NCBI RefSeq assembly: GCF_006345805.1
Contig: NC_043007.1
Span: 56,110,001-56,174,000 of the forward strand
Reading direction: 5' to 3'
From: Octopus sinensis
Lineage: Eukaryota
Length of the DNA: 64,000 nucleotides
The notes below the pieces were generated by a model. It was given only the letters and a program-made list of their open reading frames with translations, did no database searches and was not told the DNA's origin. A program made the position numbers and the translations under genes. Below, one piece after another: positions 63,541 to 64,000 of the stretch; the first letter of the stretch is position 1, and each line of letters begins with the position of its first letter.

Positions 63541-64000
63541 CCCCACTTTCCAAGCATGACATATTGACATAGCTTTAAATCAAAATTTGCAGATTTTCAA
63601 ACAACATTATTTAATAGCATTCTTTCTATATCTCGACTTCGTTCTCAATCTTAAAATCTCTTGTTAGTTTCGGTGGGCTGACCTTGGCAAAATATATTTC
63701 GGCCAAGGTCATGACATAAATCTAGTGTTAGCATTATCATATATGATAACAATAACAATGATATCATCTAAAATTCTTTATATAAGCATCAAAGCTGAAA
63801 CTCTGGGGGAATAGAATTTGGAAGTTGAGACATTTATGTATTTCCAAAGGACATAATACATAATGATAGTGTCATCATATGGAGCGTGGCCGACTTGATA
63901 AGACAAATGGTTTATCGATTTCTCCATGACAACTTTTCCAACAGTTCATTCTTTACAGAAGCTGAAATGTTGAGTGAACTAGAAATTAGTAGTCGTTATG

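Overview
AT-rich, microsatellite-dense eukaryotic DNA. The SINE/LINE repertoire resembles octopod cephalopod genomes; this is an inference from repeat families I recall, not a database match. I recognise no host protein-coding gene, and most short ORFs in the track are microsatellite artefacts. The window is a stack of mobile elements: a near-intact RTE-clade LINE (1042-aa APE+RT ORF), a TA-flanked mariner with TIRs, a 5'-truncated Penelope-like element (RT + GIY-YIG), a decayed Chapaev/CMC-like transposase, many R4/Dong-like LINE pieces next to (TAA)n tracts, a Helitron-like 5' end, and many tRNA-derived SINEs. The main observations are: (i) about ten hammerhead-ribozyme (HHR) motifs, read by eye, including variant cores and two long palindromes that each carry a divergent HHR pair; (ii) a 2.05-kb ORF1/gag-only retroelement (HAL1-like architecture) inserted with a TSD into the tRNA-derived head of a SINE, with further distant ORF1 homologues elsewhere in the window; (iii) a near-identical 2,596-bp tandem duplication bounded by compound microsatellites; (iv) several fold-back or template-switch rearrangements.
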